This document shows positions 1 to 11,071 of a DNA stretch of 64,000 nt, in pieces. The translations under genes and the position numbers were made by a program. The notes under the pieces were generated by a model, which was not told the DNA's origin, made no database searches, and saw only the letters and a program-made list of their open reading frames with translations. Source of the stretch: Dehalococcoidia bacterium (GTDB taxonomy: Bacteria; Chloroflexota; Dehalococcoidia; DSTF01; JACRBR01); the NCBI GenBank assembly GCA_021462855.1, contig JAJTXQ010000067.1, forward strand, positions 2,860 through 66,859. Direction: 5' to 3'. The number at the start of each line of letters is the position of its first letter. The stretch's first letter is position 1.

Positions 1-273
1 CAGGCCGCCGTCATTGAAGGTCAGCGACAGCCCCGTGACGCTGACGGCGACCGTGTTGTTGTTCTGGATCCAGACATCCATCGTCCTGGTCTCGGTCGGG
101 AGGATGCCGTTGATGTCCGCCTCTTCCGGGTCGACGGCGAGGTCGGCGGCGGCGCCGGACGTGAACCCCTGGTTGCTTGATGAGCCGGTGACGTCGTATG
201 CCGCCCAGACCGCAGCGGCGGCCCCGATGAGCAGCACGAACACGCCGGCCGTGATCAGTACGACCTTACGCAT
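1..273 (-). CDS. hypothetical secreted/membrane-anchored protein, N-terminal part only (gene runs off left edge)
   Basis: Absent from the ORF track because it is truncated. Reverse-strand ATG at 273-271 is preceded by AGGAGA (ccaggagagaacgcaATG). Translation MRKVVLITAGVFVLLIGAAAAVWAAYDVTGSSSNQGFTSG... shows a charged N-terminus plus a hydrophobic helix, and the frame stays open to position 1. Confidence 0.55.
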   Translation of the reverse strand, partial: MRKVVLITAGVFVLLIGAAAAVWAAYDVTGSSSNQGFTSGAAADLAVDPEEADINGILPTETRTMDVWIQNNNTVAVSVTGLSLTFNDGGL

Positions 274-603
274 TGCGTTCTCTCCTGGTACTGCATTGAC
301 TACTTGACGGACTGCACGGCCAGATGCGGCCTTTCTGCGCCACCCCCTTTCGCAGAGAGTCCAGCGTCACGCAGCCCCGTACCGGAGGGGTACAATGGAA
401 GGGCAGCGGGCACGGGCCGACCGGACTCCGCTGGGCGCGCCCCGCGGGTGTGATCCGCGGGGCGTGCTGTTGGGTTTCACCGCCGAACTATCGTATACGC
501 ACCAAGCTCGGGGTCCGACGAATCGTCGCACCATTGCGCGGAGCTGTCAACAGGTTAATTAGCATGTATCGGCGTATGTAAAGGCGTCCCCGCCGTTTGC
601 TTG

Positions 604-1893
604 CTAGCTCGGGACTTCGCTCGCGACTGCATCGCCCGCCGCGGCAGCCGCCAGCCGGCGCTCGCTGTGGTCACGGAGGTCGCGGAGCGTCACCTCGCCG
701 GTCGCGACCTCGGACGCTCCGATGATGGCGGCGAACCGCGCGTCGAGCGCGCCGGCGTGGCGGAGTTGCGCCTTCAGGCTGCGCCCCGCGCTGGCGACGA
801 CCGCCTGCAGCCCCGCGGCGCGCGCATCGCCGGCGAGGCGCAGCGCCAGCGGCGCCGCCTCGGGCGTGAGATGCGCCACGTAGAGCGCGAGCGGCCGTGG
901 CGGCGGCGGCTCCAGCCCGGCGCGTTTGAGGTTGAGGATGATGCGCTCCATGCCGGTGCCGAAGCCGGTGCCCGGCGTGGGCGGGCCGCCCAGCAGCTCG
1001 ATGAGGCCGTCGTAGCGCCCGCCGCCGCCGAGCGCGCTCTGCGAGCCCTCCTGCAGCGGCTGCACTTCGAACGCCGTGCGGGTGTAGTAATCGAGCCCGC
1101 GCACGAGCGTGTCGTCGAGATCGAACCCGATGCCGAGCGCGGTGAGGTACGCCTGGACGTCGGCGAAGTGCTCGCGGCAGGCGTCGCACAGGTACGCGCG
1201 CAGGCGGGGCGCGCCGGCGACGATGGGCTGGCAGCGCTCCTCCTTGCAGTCGAGGAGGCGCATCGGGTTCTGCTCGAAGCGCATGCGGTCGTCTGCGCAG
1301 ACGCCGTCGAGGTGCTGGCGGTAGTAGTCCCGGAGGGCCTCGACGTACGCGGGGCGGCAGTTCGCATCGCCGATCGAGTTGAGCTTGAGATTCAGGTGGC
1401 GGAGGCCGAGCTCGCGGTAGAAGGTGCAGAGCAGGTCGATCATCTCCGCATCGGCCAGCGGGCTGGGGTCGCCGACGCACTCGGCGCCGAACTGCGTGTG
1501 CTGGCGGTAGCGGCCAGCTTGCGGGCGGTCGTATCGGAAGTTCGGCGCGACATAATACAGCCGCACCGGCTGCGGCAGGCTCGCCATGCCGTGTTCGATG
1601 TAGGCGCGCATCACGCCGGCGGTGCCCTCTGGCCGCAGGGCGAGCGTGTCGCCGCCGCGGTCCTCGAACAGGTACACCTCCTTCTCGACGATATCGGTCC
1701 CGGCGCCCACGGAGCGAAGGTAAACACCGGCGTGTTCGAAGGTGGGTGTCTCGATGCGCCGGTAGCCGAACCGCCCGGCGACCTGCGCGGCGGTCGAGCG
1801 GACGAAGGACCACCACGGCGCGTCGTCGGGGAGGACGTCGGTGGTGCCGCGGGGGGCGGCGAATTTGCGCGGCCTGGGCTCAGGGTCGGCCAT
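604..1893 (-). CDS. hisS: histidine--tRNA ligase
   Basis: 429 aa. N-terminus FAAPRGTTDVLPDD...RFGYRRIETPTFEH and LRPEGTAGVMRAY are class II HisRS motifs. A C-terminal anticodon-binding region is present. Confidence 0.95.
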   Translation of the reverse strand: MADPEPRPRKFAAPRGTTDVLPDDAPWWSFVRSTAAQVAGRFGYRRIETPTFEHAGVYLRSVGAGTDIVEKEVYLFEDRGGDTLALRPEGTAGVMRAYIEHGMASLPQPVRLYYVAPNFRYDRPQAGRYRQHTQFGAECVGDPSPLADAEMIDLLCTFYRELGLRHLNLKLNSIGDANCRPAYVEALRDYYRQHLDGVCADDRMRFEQNPMRLLDCKEERCQPIVAGAPRLRAYLCDACREHFADVQAYLTALGIGFDLDDTLVRGLDYYTRTAFEVQPLQEGSQSALGGGGRYDGLIELLGGPPTPGTGFGTGMERIILNLKRAGLEPPPPRPLALYVAHLTPEAAPLALRLAGDARAAGLQAVVASAGRSLKAQLRHAGALDARFAAIIGASEVATGEVTLRDLRDHSERRLAAAAAGDAVASEVPS

Positions 1894-1945
1894 CGAGCGG
1901 CAGGATAGCAGCAGGGGCGGGGGGCGGCGAATCTGCGCTAGACTT

Positions 1946-1993
1946 CAGGCGTACGGGCGTGCAGGCGCATATGCGTACAGGCGCCCGCCGCCG
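1946..1993 (+). repeat. three phased 16-bp units each starting CAGGCG, in the hisS / RHH-rel divergent region
   Basis: CAGGCG occurs at 1946, 1962 and 1978 (period 16). Units 1 and 2 share CAGGCG-A---GCGT (11/16). The repeats lie just downstream of a TAGACT -10-like hexamer (1939-1944) and upstream of the RHH start (2007). Confidence 0.4.
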
Positions 1994-2006
1994 AGGGGAG
2001 GTGCCC

Positions 2007-2242
2007 ATGGCACGGCGCATGACGATCGTGTTCGACGACGAGGAACTGTACACCGCCCTCAAGGTGGCCGCGGCGCGCTCGCACCGCCCGGCAAAGGACA
2101 TCGTCGCGGACGCGCTGGAGGTGTTCTTCGAGGCGACGCCCGAGGAGCACAATTCGATCCTAGCGCGGGCCCGCATCAAGGGCGTCGCGCGCAACGGCCG
2201 TCCGGATGTAGAGCGGCTGCTGGAAGAGCTCGGATTGAGGAA

Positions 2243-2246
<4 letters not shown>
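2007..2246 (+). CDS. ribbon-helix-helix (CopG/antitoxin-like) small protein
   Basis: 79 aa: MARRMTIVFDDEELYTALKVAAARSHRPAKDIVADALEVFF... This is the beta-strand-helix-helix pattern of RHH DNA-binding proteins. The ATG is preceded by GAGGGGAGG. Its stop overlaps the rel ATG (ATGA at 2243-2246). Confidence 0.6.
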
Positions 2247-4453
<2,207 letters not shown>

Positions 4454-4468
4454 GCCCGCTCGGCCGCT

Positions 4469-4915
4469 CTACGCAGACCGCACGAGGATCACGGGCAGGT
4501 TGGACTCGTGGAGCACGACCTCCGCGACGCTGCCGAACATCAGCCGGTTGATGCCGCGGCGCGAGTGGGTCGACATGGCGATCGCGTCGGCGTCGATTTC
4601 GTCGGCGGTGGCGACGATCTGGCGAGCGGGCTGTCCCTGCTTCACGATCGTGTTCACGTTCACGCCCGCAGCATCGATCGTCGCCGCGAGCCGCAGCAGG
4701 TACATCTCGGCCTGCTCGGTGAATGCCGAACCGGCAGATGAGTCGCCCTGCCCCTTGCCGAGGGCGCCGCGTTCGCTCCAGTCGGAGTTCACGGGCTCCA
4801 CGATGCGGATGATCGTGATTTCCGCCGCCATCGACCGTGCGATGTCGACGGCGTGCGGGATGACGGCCTCGGCCTGTGGTGTGCCGTCGACGGTGACCAG
4901 GATGTGCTTGAACAT
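4469..4915 (-). CDS. universal stress protein (UspA family)
   Basis: 148 aa: MFKHILVTVDGTPQAE...AIAMSTHSRRGINRLMFGSVAEVVLHESNLPVILVR. A GGGGGGAG Shine-Dalgarno (SD) sits upstream. Confidence 0.9.
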   Translation of the reverse strand: MFKHILVTVDGTPQAEAVIPHAVDIARSMAAEITIIRIVEPVNSDWSERGALGKGQGDSSAGSAFTEQAEMYLLRLAATIDAAGVNVNTIVKQGQPARQIVATADEIDADAIAMSTHSRRGINRLMFGSVAEVVLHESNLPVILVRSA

Positions 4916-5056
4916 GGCCCTGCTACTCCCCCCGGAACGCGTGTTGCGCCACGCACTTCATGCGCGGGGCCTTCGGTGCGCGGCGATGCCGCGGCGAGCC
5001 CGGCCCCGGGCGACCTTACCCGTGTAAGTATCGGCAGGCCGGGCGGCGTTCCGTGC

Positions 5057-5062
5057 TACCAT
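5057..5062 (+). promoter_or_regulatory. -10-like hexamer TACCAT, 6 nt upstream of the esterase ATG (leaderless-type start)
   Basis: TACCAT-gccgcg-ATG(5069), with no Shine-Dalgarno. Confidence 0.45.
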
Positions 5063-5068
5063 GCCGCG

Positions 5069-6034
5069 ATGAAATCCGCCGGCATAATGCTCGCTTGCGT
5101 CCTGATTTGGGGCGCGATGGCCTGTAGCAGCGGCGGCGCCTCCCACGACAAAACCGCGACGGCCTCGGTCGCGGCGCTGACGGCGACGAGCGAGGCCGGG
5201 TGCGCGCCGGCGCGCCCGGCGGCGTCTGGCGACGCTCCGCGCACGCTGCGGAGCGGCGGCGTCGAGCGCCGCTATCTGCTGCACGTGCCGCCGGGGTACG
5301 ACGGCGCGACGCCGGCGCCCCTCATCGTCGCGTTCCACGGGCTGAGCATGCCGGCAGACATGCTGTCGCCGTACACGTCGCTGGCGCAGCGCGGCGACGC
5401 CGCCGGATATGTGATCGCGATACCGTACGGGACCGGCGACCCGGTGCGCTGGAACGCGCGCGGCGCCGCCGATGGCGCGGACGACGTGCGGTTCGTGCGT
5501 GACCTGCTGACCGAGCTGCGCTCGACGCTGTGCATCGACGACGGGCGCGTGTACGCGGCGGGATTCTCGAACGGCGGCGGCATGGCGCAACGCATGGCCT
5601 GCACCATGCCGGATGTCTTCGCTGCGATCGGCATCGTCGCGGGCACGTACGTCGCGTGCACGGCGCCGGTGCCGCTCATCGCGTTTCACGGGAACGCTGA
5701 TCCGATCGTCCCCTACGAGGGCGCAGCGATCCCGCCGAACCTCGGCACGGGCGTCTTCCCGCCGGTGCGGCGGGCGGTCTCGGAATGGGCGAAGGCGCTC
5801 GGCTGCGATGGCCTTCCGCTCATCTCGCGGGTGGCGGAGGACGTCGAGCTTGCGACGTATCCCCGTTGTCTCGCCGGCGACGGCGAGGCGCTGCTGTACA
5901 CCGTGCTGGGCGGCGGGCATAGCTGGCCGGGCAGCGCCGTAGAACTGCCACCGCACATGGTCGGCGCGACAACGCGTTCTATCGATGCGACGGCCGTCAT
6001 CCTTGACTTCTTTGCCACGCGCTCGCGCGGCTAG
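5069..6034 (+). CDS. PHB-depolymerase-family esterase, lipoprotein (LpqC-like)
   Basis: Lipobox GAMAC after MKSAGIMLACVLIW. Motifs RRYLLHVPPGYDG...PLIVAFHG and nucleophile elbow GFSNGG. Confidence 0.8.
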   Translation: MKSAGIMLACVLIWGAMACSSGGASHDKTATASVAALTATSEAGCAPARPAASGDAPRTLRSGGVERRYLLHVPPGYDGATPAPLIVAFHGLSMPADMLSPYTSLAQRGDAAGYVIAIPYGTGDPVRWNARGAADGADDVRFVRDLLTELRSTLCIDDGRVYAAGFSNGGGMAQRMACTMPDVFAAIGIVAGTYVACTAPVPLIAFHGNADPIVPYEGAAIPPNLGTGVFPPVRRAVSEWAKALGCDGLPLISRVAEDVELATYPRCLAGDGEALLYTVLGGGHSWPGSAVELPPHMVGATTRSIDATAVILDFFATRSRG

Positions 6035-6564
6035 ATCGCGCCGCGCAGGACGTTGCGCTTGATCCAGTCCCAGGGCTGCGCCTCGCTGTAGTGCAGCAGG
6101 TACTCCTGCCCCATCTTCGGGATGAGCAGCAGCGCCATCGGGATGGCGACCGTGCGCGCGTCGCGCGGGAGGGCGCGCGGGAAGTACCGGGCGACGACGA
6201 CGCAGTACAACCACCAGTTCTCGAACATGTTGGGGAAGATGAACAGCGTCACGCGGCGCTCCGTGAGCTCGAACAGCGCCACGCCGGCGATGCGATAGAT
6301 GAACAGCGCGACCGCGGGCCACTTCGCCCACGCGTTGTCCCAGGAGAGCGCGACGATGAACTCGATCGACAGGTAGTACGTGTCCAGCAGCTTGTCGAGC
6401 GTGTGGTAGTGCCCGCCGAAGCCGCCCAGCCCGATCAGCTCGATGAGCACGACATCGAGTCCGTCGATGACCATCGCGGCGATGCCGCCCGCGAGCGCGT
6501 TGCGGAAGATGAGCAGCGGGATCGCGAGACGCAGCGCGATGATGATCGCTTCGCCCGCGCTCAT
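6031..6564 (-). CDS. hypothetical polytopic membrane protein
   Basis: 177 aa from MSAGEAIIIALRLAIPLLIF, with several hydrophobic helices. Its ATG overlaps the comM stop (ATGA at 6561-6564). The upstream part of the 333-aa track ORF is Arg-rich junk. Confidence 0.7.
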   Translation of the reverse strand: MSAGEAIIIALRLAIPLLIFRNALAGGIAAMVIDGLDVVLIELIGLGGFGGHYHTLDKLLDTYYLSIEFIVALSWDNAWAKWPAVALFIYRIAGVALFELTERRVTLFIFPNMFENWWLYCVVVARYFPRALPRDARTVAIPMALLLIPKMGQEYLLHYSEAQPWDWIKRNVLRGAI

Positions 6565-8093
6565 CCGTGCACGCGGTGGCGGTACTGGATCGCCTCGGCG
6601 AGGTGCGCCGTGGCGATGCCATCGGCGGCGTCCATGTCGGCGATGGTGCGTGCGAGCTTCAGCACGCGGTGGAATGCGCGCGCGGAGAGCGAAAGTTGCG
6701 CCATCGCGAGGCGCAGCAGCGACTGCGCCTGTTCGTCGAGGACGGCCTGGCAGTGCTGGCGCACCTCCGTCGGTGTCATCTCGGCGTTGCACGTGAATCT
6801 CGTCCCGGCGAAGCGGCGTGTCTGCACGGCGCGCGTCCGCTCGACGCGGTCGCACACGGCGTCCGACGTCTCGCCGCTCGCGTCGGACGCCAGTTTTTCG
6901 TACTCGACGCGCGGCACTTCGACGAAGATGTCGATGCGGTCGAGCAGCGGGCCGGAGATGCGCTTCTGGTAGCGGCTGACGCTCGACTCGCTGCACGAGC
7001 ACTCTTTCGTCGGGTCGCCGTAGAAGCCGCACGGGCAGGGATTCATCGCCGCGATGAGCATGAAGTTCGCGGGGTAGGTGATCGTGCCCTGGGCGCGCGA
7101 GATGGTGACGGTGCGGTCCTCGAGCGGCTGGCGCATGACTTCGAGCACCTGCTGGCCGAACTCCGGCAGTTCATCGAGGAACAGCACGCCGCGATGCGAC
7201 AACGTGATCTCGCCGGGGCGCGGCGTGCGTCCGCCGCCGACCAGGCCCGCGTGCGAGATCGTGTGGTGCGGCGCGCGGAACGGACGGCGGGCGATCAGCG
7301 GCGTGTCGGGCGGCAACATGCCGGCGACGGAGTAGATCTTCGTGACGTCGAGCGTCTCGTCGGGCGTCATGTGCGGCAGGATCGATGGCATCGCGCGGGC
7401 GAGCAGCGTCTTGCCGCTCCCTGGCGGTCCGCTGAGCAGCACGTTGTGGCCGCCGGCCGCCGCCACCTCGAGCGCGCGCTTCACGTGCTCCTGTCCCTTG
7501 ATGGCGCCGAAATCCGTGCCGTGCCACTCGGGCGGATCGACATGGCGCATCGCCTGTTGCGGGGTCGGCTCGATGGGCGCGACGCCGGACAGGTGGCGCA
7601 GCAGCGCGCCGAGCGTATCGACCGGGTAGATCGCGATGTCCGGCAGCAGCGCCGCTTCCGCCGCGTCGGCCGATGGCACGTACGCTTTGCGGATGCCGCG
7701 CTCGCGCGCCAGCGCGACCATCGGCAGGATGCCCTGCGCGTGGCGCACGGCGCCGTCGAGCGACAATTCTCCGAGAAACACCGCGTCCGACACGTCAGCG
7801 AGGATCTGACCGCCGGCGACCATGATGCCGATGGCGATCGGCAGGTCGTAGGTTGGTCCTTCCTTGCGCAGATCAGCCGGGGCGAGGTTGACGACGATTC
7901 GGCCGGCCGGGAACGCGTACCCGGAGTTCTTGATCGCCGACTCGACCCGGTCCTTCGCCTCCTTCACGGCGGCGTCGGGCAGGCCGACCATCGCCAGGCT
8001 GGCGAGGCCGCGGCGCGTCGAGTCGACCTCGCACTCGACGATTTCGCCCTCGAGGCCCACGACGGCGCAGGAAAGGACTTTCGCGAGCGCCAT
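6561..8093 (-). CDS. comM: YifB/ComM family Mg-chelatase-like AAA+ ATPase
   Basis: Lon-like N-domain (LPIAIGIM), Walker A (LLSGPPGSGKT), Cys cluster CPCGFYGDPTKECSC and a C-terminal ChlI-like domain. ATG at 8093 (MALAKVLS) is preferred over TTG at 8129. Confidence 0.9.
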   Translation of the reverse strand: MALAKVLSCAVVGLEGEIVECEVDSTRRGLASLAMVGLPDAAVKEAKDRVESAIKNSGYAFPAGRIVVNLAPADLRKEGPTYDLPIAIGIMVAGGQILADVSDAVFLGELSLDGAVRHAQGILPMVALARERGIRKAYVPSADAAEAALLPDIAIYPVDTLGALLRHLSGVAPIEPTPQQAMRHVDPPEWHGTDFGAIKGQEHVKRALEVAAAGGHNVLLSGPPGSGKTLLARAMPSILPHMTPDETLDVTKIYSVAGMLPPDTPLIARRPFRAPHHTISHAGLVGGGRTPRPGEITLSHRGVLFLDELPEFGQQVLEVMRQPLEDRTVTISRAQGTITYPANFMLIAAMNPCPCGFYGDPTKECSCSESSVSRYQKRISGPLLDRIDIFVEVPRVEYEKLASDASGETSDAVCDRVERTRAVQTRRFAGTRFTCNAEMTPTEVRQHCQAVLDEQAQSLLRLAMAQLSLSARAFHRVLKLARTIADMDAADGIATAHLAEAIQYRHRVHG

Positions 8094-8209
8094 GTACGCG
8101 ACTATCCCATAAGAACGCTTGTTCGGCAAGACCTTTATCGAGCGGTTTCGGTTTGCCTAACGGAAGCCGTGCGGAGCGGCCATACTGCCCGTTCGGGAAG
8201 GAGCGTCAC

Positions 8210-9010
8210 ATGCCGGTGTATGAGCACATCCTGTACGAGAAGCGGGGCGCGGTGGGGCTGATCATGCTCAACCGGCCGGAGCGCCTCAACGCCTGGACGA
8301 CCACGATGGAGGACGAGTTCATCGACGCCGTCAACGCGGCGAGCGCCGATGGCGCGATCGGCTGCATCGTCGTCACGGGCGCCGGGCGCGGGTTCTGCGC
8401 GGGCGCCGACATCGGCGGGTTTGACCGCGCGATCCAGCCAGGCGGGCAGGCAACGCGCCCGTCGAAGATGCTGCACGAGGGCGGTAGCCCGGAGGTGCCG
8501 GCGGCGCTCTCGCGCGGGAAGCCGGTGATCGCGGCGGTCAACGGCGCGGCCGTCGGCGTCGGGCTGACGATGACGCTCGCGTGCGATATCCGCATCGCGT
8601 CGTCGTCAGCGCGGTTTTCGGCGCGGTTCGTGCGGGTCGGGCTGACGCCGGAATGCGGCAGTTCGCGCTACCTGCCGCTCGTCGCGGGACTGCCGAACGC
8701 GTTGTTGCTGGCGCTCACCGGGCGCATCATCGATGCGCAGGAGGCGCTGGAGCGGCGGCTTGTCGAGCGCGTGGTCGAGCCGGAGCAGCTGATGCCCGAG
8801 GCGATGAAGCTCGCCGAAGAGATCGCCGCCAACCCGCACGAGGCGGTGTGGATGGCGAAGCGCCTGCTCCACATGAATGCTACGGAGTCGGACCTGCGAC
8901 GCGTGACGACGCTCGAGTCGTACTCGATCCGCGAGCGGCAGGGGGAGCCCGACCACCGCGAGGCGGTCACGGCGTTCATCCAGAAGCGCGAGCCGCGGTT
9001 CAACCAGTAG
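8210..9010 (+). CDS. enoyl-CoA hydratase/isomerase (crotonase) family protein
   Basis: MPVYEHILYEKRGAVGLIMLNRPERLNAW...VVTGAGRGFCAGADI. GGGAAGGAG SD before the ATG at 8210. Confidence 0.9.
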   Translation: MPVYEHILYEKRGAVGLIMLNRPERLNAWTTTMEDEFIDAVNAASADGAIGCIVVTGAGRGFCAGADIGGFDRAIQPGGQATRPSKMLHEGGSPEVPAALSRGKPVIAAVNGAAVGVGLTMTLACDIRIASSSARFSARFVRVGLTPECGSSRYLPLVAGLPNALLLALTGRIIDAQEALERRLVERVVEPEQLMPEAMKLAEEIAANPHEAVWMAKRLLHMNATESDLRRVTTLESYSIRERQGEPDHREAVTAFIQKREPRFNQ

Positions 9011-9013
9011 CCG

Positions 9014-9865
9014 ATGTTCGAAGGGGATACGCCCGAAGATGCGCTCACGACGTTCGTCTCGCTGCTGTCGGTCGAGCCGGCGGGGGGCGACGTGTTCACG
9101 GGCGACCCCGGGCGCGACGAGGGCCGCGTGTTCGGCGGACTGGTGCTCGGACAGGCGGTGATCGCCGCCGGCCGCACGGCGCCCGACCCGACGCTGCACT
9201 CGATCCACGCGTACTTCCTTCGCGGTGGCCGCCCCGATGCACCCATCGACTACCACGTCGAGCGGGTGCGCGACGGGCGCACGTTCTCGTCGCGCCGGAT
9301 CCTCGCGCGGCAGCGCGGCGAGGCGATCTGCGATATCACCGCGAGCTACGTGCACGCGGAGGATGGCATTTCGCACCAGGAGCCGGCGCCCGACGTGCCC
9401 GATCCGGAAACGTTGCCGGACGCGCGCATCGAGTACCCGATGGAAGACGGGTCGCTATGGCCGCTTGGCCCTATCGAATGGCGCGTGTCGCAGCCGTTCG
9501 ACAAGATCGCCGGCCCGGGCGAGTCGACGATCGTCGAGGAGTGGGCGCGATTCCGCGTGCCGCTGCCGGACGACCCGCTGCTGCACGAAGCGGCTCTCGT
9601 GCTGGCCAGCGACATGGGCTCGTTCAACGGCATTGAGCGGCGATACGGGTGGGCGGGGTTCAGCGACCGCGGCTCGGCGAGCCTCGACCACGCGATGTGG
9701 ATCCACCGGCCCGTGCGCTGGGACGGCTGGATGCTGATGATCACGAATACGCCGGTCGCGCACGCCGCCCGCGCGCTCACCTACCGGCAGTTCTACCTGC
9801 GTGACGGCACGCACGTGGCATCGATGGCGCAAGAAGCGATCTTCCGGCGCGAGCGCGGCGCGTGA
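9014..9865 (+). CDS. tesB: acyl-CoA thioesterase II
   Basis: 283 aa double hotdog: FGGLVLGQAVIAAGRT...HSIHAYFLRGGRPDAPIDYHVERVRDGRTFSSRR. Confidence 0.88.
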   Translation: MFEGDTPEDALTTFVSLLSVEPAGGDVFTGDPGRDEGRVFGGLVLGQAVIAAGRTAPDPTLHSIHAYFLRGGRPDAPIDYHVERVRDGRTFSSRRILARQRGEAICDITASYVHAEDGISHQEPAPDVPDPETLPDARIEYPMEDGSLWPLGPIEWRVSQPFDKIAGPGESTIVEEWARFRVPLPDDPLLHEAALVLASDMGSFNGIERRYGWAGFSDRGSASLDHAMWIHRPVRWDGWMLMITNTPVAHAARALTYRQFYLRDGTHVASMAQEAIFRRERGA

Positions 9866-9883
9866 TCTCGCTACCCTGAGCGC

Positions 9884-11071
9884 GTGGAAAGCTACGATTT
9901 CCTCGCCGATGAGCGGATCGTCGCAACGGCGCTCGATGCGCGGGCGCGCATCGAATCGCGCGTCGCGAGCGGGTCGATCGCGGGCGAAGCGCTGCTCGGC
10001 GGGTGCATCGACGACCTGCGTGCGAGCGGATTCCTGCGCATCACGATCCCGCGCGAGCACGGCGGACTCGGGGGCAGCGTGCTTGACGCGTGCGTTGCGC
10101 TCGAGCATGTGTCGCGCGCGTTCGGCTCCGCCGGGCTCGCGGCGAACATGCACCTGCAGTACATCGGCGGGTCGCTGGGGTCGGGTCTGTGGCGGCCGGA
10201 GCACCTCGCATCGTTCCTGCGGGATGCTGCGCGCGAGGGCTACCTGATCAACAACTGCCAGGCCGAGCCGGAGATGGGCAGCCCGGCGCGCGGCGGGCTG
10301 CACGCGACGACGGCGACGCGCGCCGGCGGCGGCTGGCGGATCGGCGGCCGGAAGTCGTGGACGACGGCAAGCACGTTCCTCACGCACTTCGCGGTCGGGG
10401 CGACGGTGCGCGCGGAAGGCGTGCCGCCGCACCTCGGGCAGTTCCTGGTGCGGGCGGGCGCCCCCGGCGTGCGCATCGATCCGGCGTGGCGCGCGCTGGC
10501 GATGCGCGAGTCGGCGAGCCACGACCTGGTGCTGGAGGACACGTTCGTGCCCGATGCCGACGTGATCCGCGTGAGCGAGCGCGGTGAGCGCCACGTCGCG
10601 GCGCTCGATGCCGCGCCGTGGCACGGTCTGACGTTCGCGGCGACGTACGTTGGCATCGCCGTCGCGGCGCGCGACTGGGTCGTGCGGTACGCGGCGGGGC
10701 GCAAGCCGAGCAATCTCGAAACGACGATCGGTGAGCTGCCGGCCGTGCGCGCGAAGCTCGGCGAGATCGAGGCGCTGTTGCTCGTCGCGCGGCGGCTCAT
10801 TTTCGATACGGCGCGAGACTGGGTGGAAGCGCGCGCGGACCGCACAGCGCTCGCCGGCGACATCGGGCTCGTGAAGTCGATCGCGACGAACAACGCGGTG
10901 CGCGTCACGGACCTCGCGCTGCGTGTCGCCGGCGGCGCCGGGCTCGACGAGCGGCACCCGCTCGAACGCTGCTTCCGCGACGTGCGCAGCGGGCTGGTCC
11001 ATCCACCGCTCGACGATGTGGCGCTTGGCGCGGCGGCGAAGCGCGCGCTCGACGAAACGGGGCCGGAGTAG
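9884..11071 (+). CDS. acyl-CoA dehydrogenase family protein
   Basis: 395 aa, GTG start. Motifs IPREHGGLGGSVLD, NNCQAEPEMGSPARGG and a C-terminal helical domain (RVAGGAGLDERHPLERCFRDVRSGLVHPP). Confidence 0.88.
   Translation: MESYDFLADERIVATALDARARIESRVASGSIAGEALLGGCIDDLRASGFLRITIPREHGGLGGSVLDACVALEHVSRAFGSAGLAANMHLQYIGGSLGSGLWRPEHLASFLRDAAREGYLINNCQAEPEMGSPARGGLHATTATRAGGGWRIGGRKSWTTASTFLTHFAVGATVRAEGVPPHLGQFLVRAGAPGVRIDPAWRALAMRESASHDLVLEDTFVPDADVIRVSERGERHVAALDAAPWHGLTFAATYVGIAVAARDWVVRYAAGRKPSNLETTIGELPAVRAKLGEIEALLLVARRLIFDTARDWVEARADRTALAGDIGLVKSIATNNAVRVTDLALRVAGGAGLDERHPLERCFRDVRSGLVHPPLDDVALGAAAKRALDETGPE

Noticed and set aside
324-581. 85-aa plus-strand ORF in the hisS-downstream gap.
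   Set aside because: It has no SD or leaderless signal, its composition is Arg/Gly/Pro-rich, and it lies antisense to the likely leader of the neighbouring gene.
601-1908. Long antisense or off-frame ORFs shadowing real genes. Examples: 601-1908(+) opposite hisS, 1880-4303(-) opposite rel, 15852-18686(-) and 17264-19351(+) across polA, 18866-21592(-), 40875-43115(-), 59882-62326(-).
   Set aside because: Their translations are Arg/Ala/Gly/Pro-rich with no recognisable motifs, which is typical of stop-poor alternative frames in GC-rich DNA. The opposite or other frame carries clear conserved proteins in every case.
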